Source of the DNA: the human T2T-CHM13v2.0 reference genome, Homo sapiens
Length of the DNA: 64,000 bases
Reading direction: 5' to 3' (one strand)
NCBI RefSeq assembly: GCF_009914755.1
Contig: NC_060925.1
Positions 38,276 to 52,884 of this stretch are shown here, in pieces. Positions within the stretch are counted from its first letter, which is position 1; each line of letters opens with the position of its first letter. Below the pieces are notes generated by a model. That model was given only the letters and a program-made list of their open reading frames with translations. It did no database searches and was not told the DNA's origin. The position numbers and the translations under genes are program-made.

Positions 38276-40525
38276 ATGGATGAAATAATCTAGAAATAGT
38301 GTGGGGCTGAGAAAAAAATTGCTGATTTTGACAGAGCCTAGCTAGATGCTTATCATTCCATTTCCTCTTCCTGGGCACACAGGAAGCCTCCTTTGCAGTT
38401 TGATTGGCTCTTATGTGAAATAAGACCTTTCTATGAAGTAATTTTGAATGTCTTCTGAGGAACACATATCAGGCACAAGAAAGCAACCAAAGGAACTATA
38501 AGTGCAGAACAAATAGAAAAAGAGAGTCCAGTTCTCTCCTTTGAATTGGAAACAGGCCCTGCTTCCCCTCCTTAACTCCTCCTGTGGGTAAGACTTTGTG
38601 TTCTACAGATGGGTTACAGTTGAAAGATAGTAGAGAATGAAATCGACCTAGAGCACCACTGATAAGAGCTGATACAGCAAGACGCCTACAACACGAGTCA
38701 TCATCTTCATGGATGAAGTTGCCAATGCCAAGTGCCATTCCCAGCACACATAGCCGTATTCTCACCCAATCTTCTAAATCTCTGATAGGTCCTATTTTCT
38801 TGAAGGCTGTGGAGCATGTTGACAAGTATGGGTGGGGGACAGGGCAGAGCTGTGCCACTCATTCAGGTTACCCATACCTACAGTCTTGACCTCATTAGTG
38901 ACATATTGTAATAGGCTGAACACAACCACAAAATTTTGATGGAGTATACAAATGGAAACCATGAAATGGTCAAATTCTGTATTTATTTATTTAAGAAATA
39001 TCCCTAGAGTTCCTTCTAGATGCAAGACACCATGCTAGGTGCTAAGGGTTGTTAGCAAACAACCCAGACAAGGTCCCAATCTTCCTGGAAGATAATTAAA
39101 GCAAGCGATTGCAGTGAGGTTCTAAGGAGGTTAGGATAGGGAAGGTGTTACATAGATTTGATGAAAATCTAATTGCCATTTTCTTTTCATCTGTTCCCTG
39201 TGGTTTGAATAACCCTGTACAAGCCTTGTGTGTGAGAGAGAGTCTGAATTTTATCATCTTTATGATGGAACATCACACCTCTCCCCATAAGAATTGAATT
39301 ATTGCCAAGAGATTCTCAGTCTATCTTCCCTTCTGAAGGCCTCAATGTGCTGAATGGTGAGAGAATTTGTTTACCAAAGTAAACAAAGCTGAAAGTCCAT
39401 TTCAGGCAGACAAAAATCACCAGCTGGGGGCATATCTCTGTGGCTCATTCTGAATCCCAGCTGTCTGCATGCCTTCTGAATGTGACCTGAACCCTTTAAA
39501 ATGATCCCCACCCTATCCCTGCTCTCCTGTCTCTTATCAGTATGGCTAACAGGGCACACTGTAATCTTCTCTCTTATGTTTCTCAAAAATGTGGCCTGAG
39601 TACCAACAGCATCTCTAGCCACTGGATACTTGTTTAATGCAGAATCACAGGCCCTAACCTACACCTCCTGAATCAGAATCCAAATTTTAACACAATTCCC
39701 AGATGCTTTAATGTGCATTAAAATTTGGGGCACATTGGCTTTGAATATAAGCTGATTTCTACCCAGCTTCTTCTACCAAACTGCACACAATCTTTTGTTC
39801 TAAAAATAAGCACCTACTATGTGCTGACACCCTGCTAGGTGCAGGAGTTACACTGTTGAACCCTCAGAATGACAAGAAAAACATCTGTCTGAAATCTTTT
39901 TGGAATGAAGTAAGTTATACAGTAATAAGAAGTGGCAGCGACTGGCCCAGAGACAAGTCCACACAGTAGAACATGAGAACTGCTCTGACATAGATGACAA
40001 AAGGGGCTGTGGGAACAAGGAAGGAGTTAAGTTGGCATAAGCAGTTTAATAAGACTCCACAAAGGAGGCAATGCTTGGGCTTAACATGGAAGGATGAGTA
40101 AGGGCGGAGTGGGTGGAACAGCAAGAGGATAAAATTGCTGGCCAAGGGATAGGAATGATGGATGTCAAAGCAAGAGGAGGCCTGTTCTGCTCTTGGCTGG
40201 AGGCCCAAGCTCTGCGCTCATCATGGGAAAGCTCTCTGCCACTTGGGGCTCTGCCAACAATCACTATGAGGCCTTGGGCAAATCTCTGCTCCCCTCTGGG
40301 CCTTATGTTCATCTAAAACTTACAGGTTGGACCAGCACTTGGAGATTTTCAAATGTAGAGTTCCTTCAAGAACTTCAGCAATGGCTAAAAAAAAAAAATG
40401 GAAAGAGGCAGGACTCTGGGCCTGGCCATTAGAACATCTGCCAAGTTGTATTCATTTTCCATGTGGGGTAACTGCTTAGCTTTAAGGGGGTGGAGGGGAA
40501 TGTGGCGTGAGATTGCACATCTTTA

Positions 40526-41475
40526 TGTCAGAGATCAGAATATGCCACCCCAAAATATGATGTTGGAGGGGTGCAGGACAAGCCACCCCAAATTATGTCG
40601 CTTTAGTATTTTGATTATTTTGAGCTAAAAACACTTGAAAAATAGCAGATGCAGGGAGAGGCTTTCACTGAAGTCTCCTTATCTGCCTGAAGACAGATCC
40701 TTCAAAAAGAATTCAATTGGCATAAATCCCTTTGCTGGGAGTTTCATCAACCAGGGAAGGTTGGCTCTTATCACAGGAGAGGAGGCTATAGACGATCCTT
40801 GACTTAGGATGGTTTGATTTATGATTTCTCGACTTTAGGGTGATGCAAAGGTGATATAGGCATTCAGTAGTATTTTGAGTACCCATACAACCATTCTGTG
40901 CTTTCACTTTCAGTATGGTATTTAGCAAATTACATGAGATACTCAACACTTTATTATAAAACAGGCTTTGTATTAGATGATTTGACCCAACTGTAGGCTA
41001 ATGTAAGCTGAGCGCATGTAATGCAGGCTAGGCTAAGCTATGATGTTCAGTAGCTTCAGTAGGTTAGGCAAACTGAACGCATTTTCAACTTATGATACAT
41101 TTATCAGGATGTAACCCCATCTTAAGTCAAAGAGCATCTGTAGAAGTTGACACTAAACCCAGACAAACTTTGTCACAAAATATCATATCCTATTTATTCT
41201 TTTAAAAGCCCATTCATCTTTTATAAAAATCACTTACTTTCCCTCAGGTGGCCTACATCCCTCTCCCCCTCCCCTATTAAGATGGATATACAGCTTTTTA
41301 AATATCACCACTTTTGGGGGTATTTGCTTTTCCCCCCAGGATGCCCCTGTGCATCTAACATTAAACATTAATACATTTGTATGCCTATTCTTCTGTTAAT
41401 ATGCCTGTTGTCAGTTTACTTCATAGACCTAGCTATTGAACCTAAAGGATAAAGGAAAAGTCTTTCTTCCCTACA
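40526..41475 (+). mobile_element. MER34-family ERV1 LTR interrupted by MER47A
   Basis: cagaatatgccaccccaaaatatg start; ends ttccctaca. Confidence 0.8.
40789..41140 (-). mobile_element. MER47A (TcMar-Tigger)
   Basis: Reverse of cagatgctctttgacttaagatggggttacatcctgataaa; TA on both flanks. Confidence 0.88.
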
Positions 41476-42164
41476 CTTTCAAAGTGTGAAAACAACTGAA
41501 GGGGGTGACTTCTGAGACCTCAAGCCAGTGCTAATACTTAATGCTTATCCAGTTCTGCAATAAGTCTCCAGGTTGTCACGCAAATCAGACTTTCAGCTCT
41601 ATGGTCACAGGCCTCCTCTCACTGTGTGTCTTATAGCTATAATTTCTATATCTTTTAAAGAGCAGAATCCCTTTCCTAAATGATATTACACAGGAAATCC
41701 ACAATATGAATAACTGATCAAGTGAATACACAGATTTCTAGATAGGATAAATCTTCATTATTTGGCAATACTTTATGTGGAGTCTGCTTGTCCCTGTCAC
41801 CACCATCCCCAGCCCTTCTGTAGATTCCCAGGGTTGAGAGTGAAAATGACTCAGAGGAAGTGGTTCAAGCTGAGATGAAGTGTGCAGTAAGTCCTGGAGC
41901 TATGGAAGCAAAGAGCTTCCCTAGAGGAAGGTGTAGTGGGACCTAGGAGCAGTGGCTTGAAAAGATTTGGGGAATGGAAAAAGGGAAAAGGACAGGACCA
42001 GATGAAAGAAGACAAACAAACAGGAAGACAAGAACAGAATGAAAGCTTCCTCAAAGGCCAATTAAGTGATCCGAAGGAAGGCTATATGAAGCCTTAGCAA
42101 CTGCTGCATACACAGCCACCTTTTAAAGAAAGTGGCCCCTATCCATCCTTTTCCACTTGCTGAC

Positions 42165-42609
42165 TATTATAGGCTGAATTATGCCCCCTAATAAGATATG
42201 TTGAAGCTCTGACTCATAGCACCTCAGAATATGACATTATTTGAAACTAGGGTCATTGTGGATGTAATTAGTTAAAATGAGGTCATCCCAGAGTAAGATG
42301 GGCCCTTAATTCATTATGACAGATATCCTTCAAAGACAGAAGAGTCTCAGAGACCCATAGGGAGAATGCCATGTGGTGACAGAGGTAGAGATTGACATGC
42401 TGCTGCTGTAACACCAAAGATCACTGGCCACCACCAGAAGCCAGGAAGAGACAAGGGAAATGTCTGTCCAGAGTCTCAGAGGAAGCAGGGCCATACTGAC
42501 ACCCAATTTTGGACTTAAAGCTTCCAGAACTGTGAGAAAATACATTTCTGTTGTTTTAAGCAGCCCAGTTGGTGGTACTTTGTTATGACAGCCCTAGGAA
42601 GTCAATTCA
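42165..42609 (+). mobile_element. MLT1C/B-type LTR
   Basis: gatgtaattagttaaaatgaggtcat...ccaccagaagccaggaagag...ccagaactgtgaga. Confidence 0.85.
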
Positions 42610-43156
42610 TTTGCTGTGGCACAAGCAGTAGTAGGTTTTGCTAGAGAGATCATCCCTGCTACTCAGCAGATCAGTTGGGCATGGACGCAGACAAAGACAA
42701 CTGGGTGCCTCTGAGCCAGCCTGTCACTCTTTGTCCAGTTGGGACATTTCCACAGAGTGGAGGCAAAGCAATCCAATGATTCCCTGGCTGTGGAGCCACA
42801 TAAATGCAGATAAAGAGAGGAAAAGAGAGAGAGAGAGAGAAGGAAAGAATGAGAAAGAGTGCAGATTAAGATCCAGCTCAACCCTTGTCATGATTTGCCA
42901 AACAGAATCCAATCCTAGTCAAATCTTCAGCTAGAAGGAGGAGGTATCCACTACAGAGAAGGGATCTTTGGCGTAACAGAGGGATATTCCCCAGAATTCC
43001 CCAGAAGGGAATATGATGTGGGCAGGCACTGCAAAACAGACCTGCTGCAGGGGTGAAACATTGCCCTTATAATAACTGCAAAGCCTGAGCTTGCAGGCAA
43101 GAAGAAAAGAAAGGGAAGCAAATGTATATAAAGAAGTGTGGAGGAACAGAGGGATG

Positions 43157-43269
43157 TAGAATGCCCAACCATCCCAGATTGCCTTGCACTGAGGGGGTTC
43201 CCGGGACATAAGACTTTCAGGTTTAATACTGGGACAACCCTGAATAAACGAGGATGAATTGGCCAGCCA
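43157..43269. mobile_element. MER81-like hAT-Blackjack MITE
   Basis: ~113 bp with degenerate TIRs and internal ttcccgggacataagactttcag. Confidence 0.7.
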
Positions 43270-46249
43270 AAGACAGTAAAAGAGTAAAGTGGAAGAAGCA
43301 AGTTTTGCATGGTGAAATATATTGTCAGCACCCAGAACATGTTTACAGAAGTGACCTAAGCCAATACAGATCAATCTAGACCAGGAGAGCCCATGGTCCC
43401 ACTGCAACCTGGCTAGATGGGCCTGTCAGTGGATTCAGGGGAACTTGCACTGAGGATTCACTCAGAACCTCTATGCTGACCAAGGGCCCTTGGGATGGCA
43501 ATGGTAGGTGACATGAGGATCAGATCCCTTTCTGCAGTCTGGAAGGCTTGCCCTGTCCAGCAATCCTCTCTAAGGGGATGAGCTCTTCACACTGAACTGG
43601 AGGATTTACCTTCTTGTCCAGTGGGGTTGGCCTGCCATATTCCTCAGCCCTACAGGGAACCCTGTAAGTAATGAGTCCAAGGCCCTGTCTACAGAGATAC
43701 TTTTTTATATCTCCTTGTCTTTTACCCCACACCTGCCACAAATTTTATATGAAATATTCCCAAGGATGCATGAAAAATGTCATTCACCAACTTATCCCCA
43801 CCAGGTGGGAGAAGGCCTCCTGTTTATGTTTCCATGTCCTTCCAGGCATATGCCCATCATAGCACTTTCAGAGTATATTAGGGTCATTGATTTTATTTTT
43901 CACCTTCTCAGCTTGTGATCAATTTCCTTCATAGTAGAGCCCATACCTTGCTCATCTTTGAAATCCTAGAGCCCAGGAAAACACCTGGTATGTAGGAGTT
44001 TCTCATGCACTGTCTGGCAAGTAAACTAATTAATTAATTAGTTCATGTTGATCAAGATGATCCTTCTCTTTGTGTCAAGTGTCTAACACTTGCTAGATCT
44101 AAGACCCAGCACTTTCTTGGTTTTTAATATATCAGTCATTAAGCCATCTGCATGCAGATGAGAGGTAGAAAACACTTCAGAGCCCTGCAGCCTCAGAGGG
44201 TCACCTGAGTGAGCAGTCAATGCGGCCAGCTCTAAAGGGCTTATGTCAAGGCAGTCACAAGGGCTTGGGAAGGAGATGCAGACACCTGTGCCCATTACAA
44301 TTATCCTACTTCTACTCTCACCTGTTACTGCGGTTCTAAACAAAGAGAATAAAATAAAATAAAACTGAGTCAAGGAAAAGACCAGCTGCTGAGCTCCAGA
44401 CAGAAGCTCAATAAAAGATAAACAGAATGGTATAAATTGGCTAAGAGAACATTGGCTGGAATACTCTATGACATTAATTCTATCTTATTAAGAAGGCCCT
44501 TGATGATGAGGTGGTAGACCTGGGTCTGATCTCCATTCCACTACTATATATCTCCAGTCAGGTGGTCTAGCCTCTCTGAGCCTCTATTAGCCCAACTCTA
44601 GCTTGCTAATAACCTTCTGCTCCAGGTCCGTCGAATAGACATCTGAACCAACACATGTCCGACATTTTGACCTCTTCTAACGAGGCGCCCTAGAGAAATT
44701 CAAAGCAGAGAATTTTCTCTGCCCTAAAATGACTCCCAGAGCTCCAAGGACAATTATTTTAGCAAACCTATTGATGGACTTAAAGTTTATGAACCCGAAA
44801 GCTAATGTACCTTCCTCTGTAAAAAGCAAGGCACTGCTAGATTTTTGTCTGCATAAAAACTCAAACACTCACCTGGGAAGTCTGTTAGTAAATAAAGCTT
44901 ATCTTTTGCAAGATGCAAGCATTCTACTTCTAGTTTGGCACTGTTCAAAATTCTTTTGTTCTGAAATTTGAAAAAGGATAGGCCTAATGTTTCACTGACC
45001 TCCTGTGGGCATAAGGAAGAAGTACACTAATTCCTCAGATCTGGATATCCTGGTGTGGTCTAAGGAAGAACGTCTTAAATCTTACCTACCTGATGGAAAA
45101 TTCATACAGAATAAGATTACACATGCTATTTCATCTCTTCTCCCAGGATCCCTCAGGCCCGTCATAAGTTCCTAATCTAACGGGTACTTAAATCCATTAG
45201 ATAGATTTCTACAATGGCAGAGCAGGCAGTGTGCACAGGAATCATATGAGGAATTGATTGAAACATAGATTCCTGAGTTCCATTTAAGAGATTCTGACTT
45301 TGTGGGTCTGGGGTGGACCTGGGAATTTGTATTATTTTACTAAGCAAATGATTTTGATTCTGATGCAAACAGCACTGTGGATTTTACTTCGGAAAATACC
45401 AACTCGCCAAATCCCCTCATGTTATAAATAAGGAAATTAAGACATTGAGAAGTTAAATGTTTTGCCCAAACCCAAACGGCTAATTAGAGGCAAATCTGGA
45501 CTTGGCACTAACTTCTGATTCTGTCATTTGCAATCAAAATAGTCACCATTTAAGGGCACTTATTATTCATCAGGTGCTGTGCTAAATGCATTGGCTCATA
45601 TAATCCTTCCATCAATTCTGCGGAGAAGACGGGTAGTATTACTAACTCCATTTTATAGGTGAGGAAACAGAGGCTTAGAGAGGTGAAATGACACATTCAG
45701 GTACCAAAAAGCAGAACAAGACTCAAACTCAGTGCATGTGACTTTAAACTAAAGCTCTCCCCCACTGCCCCACTCTGCCTCAGAAGCATAGCACAGACTT
45801 TAATCTTTTGTGGCCCTCTGAAAAGCAGGAGTCCCCCCAAATTTGAAATGTAATGATGCACATGTGACATCCAAGGACACACTTTAGCAAACCTTCTCTC
45901 TTCCCTCAAGAGAGAGAATCTTCAAGATGGGGCATCTTTGTAAATCTCAGAAAAGGAATCTTCTTCACCACACCCTGAAGCAACTTGAACTCAGTATCAG
46001 CTGGGGCCTTTCAATCAACTGGAAGATCTGTGCTGAGGTTGTAATCAGAGCCTCTTCAACAAGCATCAGACCACTGAAACTCAGGAATACAGAGAGCTGT
46101 TCAACTAGGGGATGTCTTGGAGAAAAATAAAGACTCTTCAGAAAGATGGGTTCAAAATCCAGTCGGGGAAGTCACTGACAAGCACCGTTTAAATGAATCA
46201 AAGGAAGAAGCAGGATTATTCTCATGCACCTATTTCTCTCATTAAGCCT

Positions 46250-47216
46250 TGTATTAGTTATCCGTTGCTATATGACAAATTATCCTAAAAGTTAGCAGCT
46301 TGAAACAACATTTATTATCTCACACAATTTCTGAGGTTGAGAAATTTTGGAGCGACTTAGTTAAGTGGTTCTGGCTAGCCTCTGAAGTTGCAGTCAAGCT
46401 GTAGGCTGAGCTGCAATCTTCTGAAGACTGGAGGATCTGCTTCCAAGCTCATGCATGTGGTTATTGGGTAGCCTCAGTCTCTCACCAGCTGAACACCTCA
46501 GTTCCTTGCCACATGGGCTATTCCACAGGGCTGCCTTAGTGTCCTCAAGACATGGAGGTGGTCTCCCTCAGAGTGAGTGATAGAAAAAGAGAGAAGCCAC
46601 AATGGAAGTTCTGCTTTTTTATAACATAAACTCAGAAGGAAAATGCATATTCTGTTGGTCACAGAGAATAACCCTGCTGCCATGTGGGAGGGGTTGTGAA
46701 AGGAAAATAAATATTGCGGCCTCAAAATCACTCAAGCTGGGAACTGCTTAGGGCAAACCTGTCTCCCATTCTATTCAAAGTCACCCCTCTGCTCACTGAG
46801 ATAAATGCGTATCTGATTACCTCCTTTGGAGAGGCTAATCAGAAGCTCAAAAGAGTGCAACCATTTGTCTCTTATCTACCTATGACCTGGAAGCTCTCTC
46901 CCCGCTGAGTCTTCCTGCCTTTGCTTCTAGTTGTCCCACCTTTCCAGACTGAACCAATGCTCATCTTACATATGTTGATTGATAGCTCGTGTCTCCCTAA
47001 AATATATAAAACCAAACTGCTCTGACCACCTTCAACACATGTCATCAGGACCTCCTGAGGCTCTGTCACAGGCATACATCCTCAACTTTGACAAAATAAA
47101 CTTTCTAAATTAACTGAGACCTGTCTCTGATTTTGAGGTTTCACGGGATCTATACAATAGTATAAATATCAAGAGGTGGAGACTTGTGGAGGACTGTTTT
47201 GAGTCTGGCTACTGCA
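46250..47216 (-). mobile_element. MLT1F-type LTR split by MER4A1
   Basis: tgtattagttatccgttgc...aacaacatttattatctcacac...ggctactgca. Confidence 0.78.
46695..47145 (+). mobile_element. MER4A1-type ERV1 solo LTR
   Basis: tgtgaaaggaaaataaat...gggaactgcttagggcaaacctg...aataaactttctaaattaactgagacctgtctc. Confidence 0.88.
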
Positions 47217-48108
47217 AACTCCTTCTCCTGCTCACCTTTCCTTGTCCATACAGGTCCAGGTAACTCCTCCATGGGCTACACACTATGCTAAGCACCAGTG
47301 AGGTAGTTGTGACAACAGCCAGTCTCTTGCATCTTGGAGTTTTCTATTTAATGTAAGAAATAGACATTAGACAAGTAATCACACAAGTAAATGTACAACT
47401 AAAAATCTGTGAAGAAACTGAGAAGGAAAAGTATGATACATGATATAAGAGTATAACATGTGGTGGGGGAGCTGTAATTTGCACTGAGGAAGTTAAAGAA
47501 AGCTTTCCTAAATAAGTAAAATTTTAAATTAAGTCTTCAAGGCCAAATAGGATTAAGCTAAAACAAGAATGGGAGAAAGACCATCCTGGCAGGAAAACAG
47601 CATGAACGTATTTCCTATAAAGGGGAAGATCATGACACATCCAGGGATATGAAAAGCCAGTGTAGCTAGAGCTCAGTGGGCAAGGAGGCAGTGAGTTCCT
47701 CCCTCCTGGAACACTCTCTCCACTCCTTGTCTCTTCTCTAAAGTATACCCTTAGAGCTCAAATGAAGCCTCACCTCCTCTACAAGTTCTTACCTACTCCA
47801 ACCGTCATCTCTCATGCCTTGTTCAACCCTACACAACCTAACTCTAATGCCTTGAAATTTCAGAGTAGTACATATCACACTGTGCTATTTTATAGATTTT
47901 TTTCTTTCTCAGTACAATAAACTCTCTTTGCAAGAAACTATAACTAGTTTCTATATCCTTGTGTACCTAATGTAATGCATAACATATAATAGACATTCAA
48001 TACGCTCAAATAAATGATCAAAAACCCCATGCAAAAAGTAGGATTGTAGCCCTGCTTGCATGCTTGTACATATACATGACTGTGCTTTTTTTTTTCTAAA
48101 GGCATGCA

Positions 48109-48109
<1 letters not shown>

Positions 48110-48149
<40 letters not shown>
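48110..48149. repeat. (CA)20 microsatellite
   Basis: Perfect CA run. Confidence 0.95.
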
Positions 48150-48150
<1 letters not shown>

Positions 48151-49829
48151 CTAAAGAGCAGGTTCTGAAAGTGGGGATGGTAGACAGGAAAACTAAAATC
48201 TGGTGGGATTAGACCATCCTGAGTGATTTTAATCCATTCAAAGGAAGTAAGGACTTGTAAATATTTGAATGATAAAAGATTAAACACACACGGTTAGATT
48301 TGCTCTCTCCAAAAATCTTACTAATATTACAGCAAAGGGATTTTTAAACATAACTTTAAAGACAAACAATACAAAATGATGCAAGCAACAACATTTTATA
48401 AGTTGGGCTACTACTCAGATAAAGTAGCTTAGTGATTTAACAAACTTGAAAAAGTTAAACCCTAAGCTAGTGGTAGAGAAATCCAGCAAATAAATCAATG
48501 TATACTGAGGAACTTCCAAAGGCTCTGGAATTGGCAGCAAGGCAATTCTGGAAGTGGGGATGAAAGTGAAACTGAAAATAGGAGAAAGGGTCTAAAGTCA
48601 GCTTAGAAGCAGTTGCTCCTAGAAACATGCCTTGAATGACATGCAAGGCAATTCATAGAAAAACTATTACTATGGTACCATACTTACAAAGCTCAAAACA
48701 GGCAAAACTGAAAACATACATTGTTTATAGATATATACATATATGATTAAACTATATTTTAAAAGCAGGGAAATGATTAATACAAAATTCATGACAGTAA
48801 TTACCTCTGTGTCAGGATGGTGAAGGAGGCAGGGAGGTGGAAAAGGGAAGAAACGCAGAGGTAGGTACAAAAATATTTGGAATGCCTTTGTTCTTAATTG
48901 ATGTTCATTTTGTTAACATGCTTCATAATTTACATATGTGTTATTAATATGGTTTGCATATAATATTTGTATATTTTATCTTGTATAAATATTACATTGT
49001 GTAAAAATATAAACAGACAGCCAGATCTCTTTCTTCCAAGTGTCTGGGTGACTGCCTGTTCCCCATCCAACATGAGCTGAAGATATCATCTCTAAAGAGA
49101 GTAAAACCAAGGGTATTTGGAATAACAGAGAGGGTTGAAGGGTAGAAGACAGGTGCCATACTTTAATCAAGCCTAAAATGAATATTGTGTTCCGTGAATT
49201 GTGATCTTCAGCCTTCTCCTTCCAATCAGTTTCCAGCATGCTTGCAGCCAGGCCTATAAGGTAGATATTTGAAAGATGTTTCTTGGAGAATCAGGCCGGC
49301 CCAAAGGAAAGGGCTAGATTTTCACATGGGAGGTTTCTCAACAAATGGTCCACACTGAACACATTATAGTGAGGCTCAATAGTCAACAAACTGAACCTAT
49401 GTGTTCAGGGATTTAAGTTTGCTTTTTAGTACTCATTCATAAATATTAACAAATGACCAGGGACATCTAAATATCTGAGGGAGTCCTCTAGTGGAAAAAA
49501 TAAACAACAAAATCAAGGAGAAAATAACAACTTGAAAAAACAGAAAATTCAAGGAAAACAAAAGTATAAAGTTGTGTATCACCAATGTTCTCAGGAAGAT
49601 AACAAGACAGATATTGTATCCATGAAACATAAGCAGCATACTATAGTGAAGGAAAGCTAAGTAAACAGAAAAGTGCTCTTGGAAATTAAAAACATAATTG
49701 CACAAATAAAATATTCAATATAAGACTTCAAATGTTAAATTCAGAAAATTTCTTAGGGTATATAAGCCAGAGGGGAGGGAAAGAGGAGAGAGAGAGAGAG
49801 AGAGTACACAAGGGAAAACAGAATAAAAA

Positions 49830-50149
49830 TGTCTTTCTTTGAGCTGCTACAACAGAATACCATAGACTAGGTGGCTTATGAACTTATTTCTTACAGTTCT
49901 AGAGGCTAGTAAGTCCAAGATCAAGGTGCTGGCAGATTCACGGCCTTCTTCTCACTGTAACGTCACATGGCAAAAGAGGGTGAGTGAGCTCTCTGTGTCC
50001 TTTTTAGAAGGGAACTAATCCCATTCATAAAGGCAGAGCCCTCATGACCTAATCACCTTCCAAAGACCCCCACCTACAAATACCATCACGTTGGGGGTTG
50101 AATTTTAACATATGAATTTGGAGAGGACACAGATGTTCTGCCTATAGCA
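49830..50149 (-). mobile_element. MLT1A-type LTR
   Basis: acagttctagaggctagtaagtccaagatcaaggtgctggcagatt...ctatagca. Confidence 0.85.
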
Positions 50150-50431
50150 AGAAAGACGAAGAAAATTAGAAAACTTATTCCAGAAGGTCCAATATTCAAA
50201 TGGAAGAAATTCTAGAAAAAGACAACCAAGAATATGAAACATGCATGAAACAAATGAAGAGAATTTACCAAAACTAAAAGACATAAGTTTCCAAATTGAA
50301 AAGTTCCACCAAATAATCATAAAAATAGAAGTGGATAAGGACAAGCTCATACCATCATAGAAACATGGTATTTTAGAGCACTCAAGAAAAAGGAGATATC
50401 CGAAATGTCTTTGGACTTTTTGATTTTTTTC

Positions 50432-50564
50432 CTTTTTTTTTTTTATTTTTGAGACAGGGTCTCACTATGTTGCCTAGGCTGGTCTCACACTACCAGGCTC
50501 AAGTGATCTTTCAACCTCAGCCTCTCAAGAAGCTGGGACAAGGCACACACCATCATGAGTGGCC
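50432..50564 (-). mobile_element. FLAM / Alu monomer
   Basis: Single reverse Alu arm. Confidence 0.85.
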
Positions 50565-51117
50565 TGGAATTTTTAAGAGCAATACTTAGAGCTAAAAATG
50601 TGTGGGAAGTTCATCAAAATTCTGAAGGAAAGTATTTTCAACCTGGAATTCTATACCCAACAAAAGTATCAATTCACAATTAAGAATCAGAGTACAATAA
50701 TGACATTTTAAGACATCCAAGGTTTAAGAAATTTACTTCCTAGGCATCCTTTCTTAAAAAGCTATCAGATAACATAAAATTGACTGCCTTTTGCATAGCA
50801 ATTGTTGTAGAATTTTTCACCCTAAAATTCTGCAGTCTGTGAGAGATTTAAACCTAAGGCTCTAAGGCAACGGTTCTTAAATATTTTTAATTTCAGGATC
50901 CCTTTAAATTATTAAAATTCATTGAGTATTCCAAAGAATTTGGGTTTCTATGGACTATATGTACTGAAATTTACCATATTAAAAATAAAAACTAAGAAAA
51001 ATAAAAAATGTTAAATATTTATTTTAAAATAGCATAATAAACCTATTACATGTTAATAAAACATGTTTTTATACAAATATGTGTTCAAAAAATAGAAAAA
51101 ATAGTACATTGTTTTAA

Positions 51118-51428
51118 TTTTTTTAATTTTTATTTTAGTTTTTGGGACAGGGTCTCACTCTGTCACCCAGGCTGGAGTGCAGTGGTGTGATCCCAGCTCA
51201 CTTCAATGTCCACCTCCCAGAATCAAACATCTTCCCACCTCAGCCCCCCCAAGTAGCTGAGACTACGGGCACACATCACCACACCTGGCTAATTTTTGTA
51301 TTTTTTGTAGAGATAAGATTTTGTCATATTGTCCAGGCTGGTCTCGAACTCCTGGGCTCAAGCAGCGATCCGCCCACCTTGACATCCCAAAGTGCTGGGA
51401 CTACAGGCTCAAGCCACCACAACTGGCC
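51118..51428 (-). mobile_element. AluJ
   Basis: Diverged reverse dimer (ctcctgggctcaagc). Confidence 0.92.
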
Positions 51429-52470
51429 TTTAATTTTTGCAAATGTGTTCAAAGTCTGACTTAATAGAAGATATTTGGATTTACATATCTGCTTCTTTTT
51501 ACCTCAAACATTTATTACTTCTTGTGCTGGAAACATTCCAAATCTTCATTTCTAGCTATTTTGAAGTATACAACAGTATAGTTACTGTTAACTATTGTCA
51601 TCCTCCTATGCTATCAAACACTAGAACTTATTCCTTTTATCTAATTATATTTTTGTACCCATTAACCAACCTTTTTTCATCTCCCTCTCCATTCTACCCT
51701 TTCCAATCTCTGGTATCCACCATGCCACTCTCTACCTCCATTAAATCAATTTTATTTAACACTCATGTATCAGTCAGAACATGCAATATTTGTGTTTCTG
51801 TCTCTGGCTTATTTCATTTAACATACTGTCCTCCAGGCTCATCTATGTTGCCACAAATGACAGGATCTCATTCTTTTTTATGGTTGATAATAATCTATTG
51901 TGCATATATACTACATCTTTTCTTCTTTCTCCCATTGATAATGAACACTTAGGTTGATTCTACATCTTGGCTGTTATGAATAGTGCTGCAATAAACATGG
52001 GGGTGCAGATATCTTTTTGACATACTGATTCCCTTTTCTTAGGATATTTATGCACCAGTGGGGTTGCTGGATCATAAGATAGTTCTATTTGTAGTTTTTT
52101 GAGGAAACTACATACTGTTGTCCATAATAGCTGTACTAATTTACATTTCCACCAACAGTGTATGAGAGTTCCCTTTTCTCTGCATCTTCAGCTGTACTTT
52201 TTTTGTGTTTTTGATGGTAATAGCCGTTCTAACTGGGATAAGAAACATGGAAATCGATAAGAACATGGAAATCGTTCCTTTTTTGTGTGTTTTCTTAAAT
52301 TTCTTCCAGAACTGCTTTATAGTTTTTCTTGTAGAGATATTTTACCCTTTGGTTAAATTTATTCCTAGTTATGTTTTTTGTAGATATTGTAAATGAGATT
52401 GCTTTCTTGATTTCTTTTTCTGCTACTTCATTGTTGGGGTATAGAAATGCTACTGATTTTTGTATAGTGA

Positions 52471-52884
52471 TGTCTTAGTCCATCATGTGTTGCTATAAAG
52501 GAATGCCTGAAGATAAGTTATTTATAAAGAAAAGAAGTTTCTTTGGCTTATGAATCTGCAGGCTGTACAAGAAGCACGGCACTGGCATCTGCTCTTGTGA
52601 GGGCCTCAAGCTGCTTCCATTCATGGTGAAAGGGGAAGGAGAGCTGATGTGTAGAGATCACATGATGAAGGAGGAAGCAAGAGAGCAGGCAGCAGGTGCC
52701 AGGTTTTTTTAACAACCAGCTTTCATGGAAACTAGTAGAGTGAGAACTCATTACCACAAGGACAGCACCAAACCATTCATGAGGGATTCCCCTCATACCC
52801 AAATACCTCCCAAGAGGCCTCATCTCCAACACTGGGGATCAAATTTCAACATGAGATTTGGAGGAGTCAAACCAAACTATGGCA
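52471..52884 (-). mobile_element. MSTB-type LTR nested in L1
   Basis: tgtcttagtcc...gcaggctgtacaagaagcacggc...aaactatggca. Confidence 0.88.

Larger units (their letters stand above)
48290..50780 (+). mobile_element. Old L1M (L1ME-like) 5'/ORF1 fragments with nested MLT1A and Alu monomer
   Basis: A-rich ORF1-like text (ctcttggaaattaaaaacataattgc..., caacctggaattctatacccaac); boundaries approximate. Confidence 0.6.

Noticed and set aside
38496-38858. 120-aa minus-strand ORF with an overlapping open plus frame
   Set aside because: No recognisable domain and no convincing paired splice sites.
51437-51952. 171-aa ORF, the longest in the track
   Set aside because: It is an antisense reading of the L1 3' UTR with a non-ATG start.
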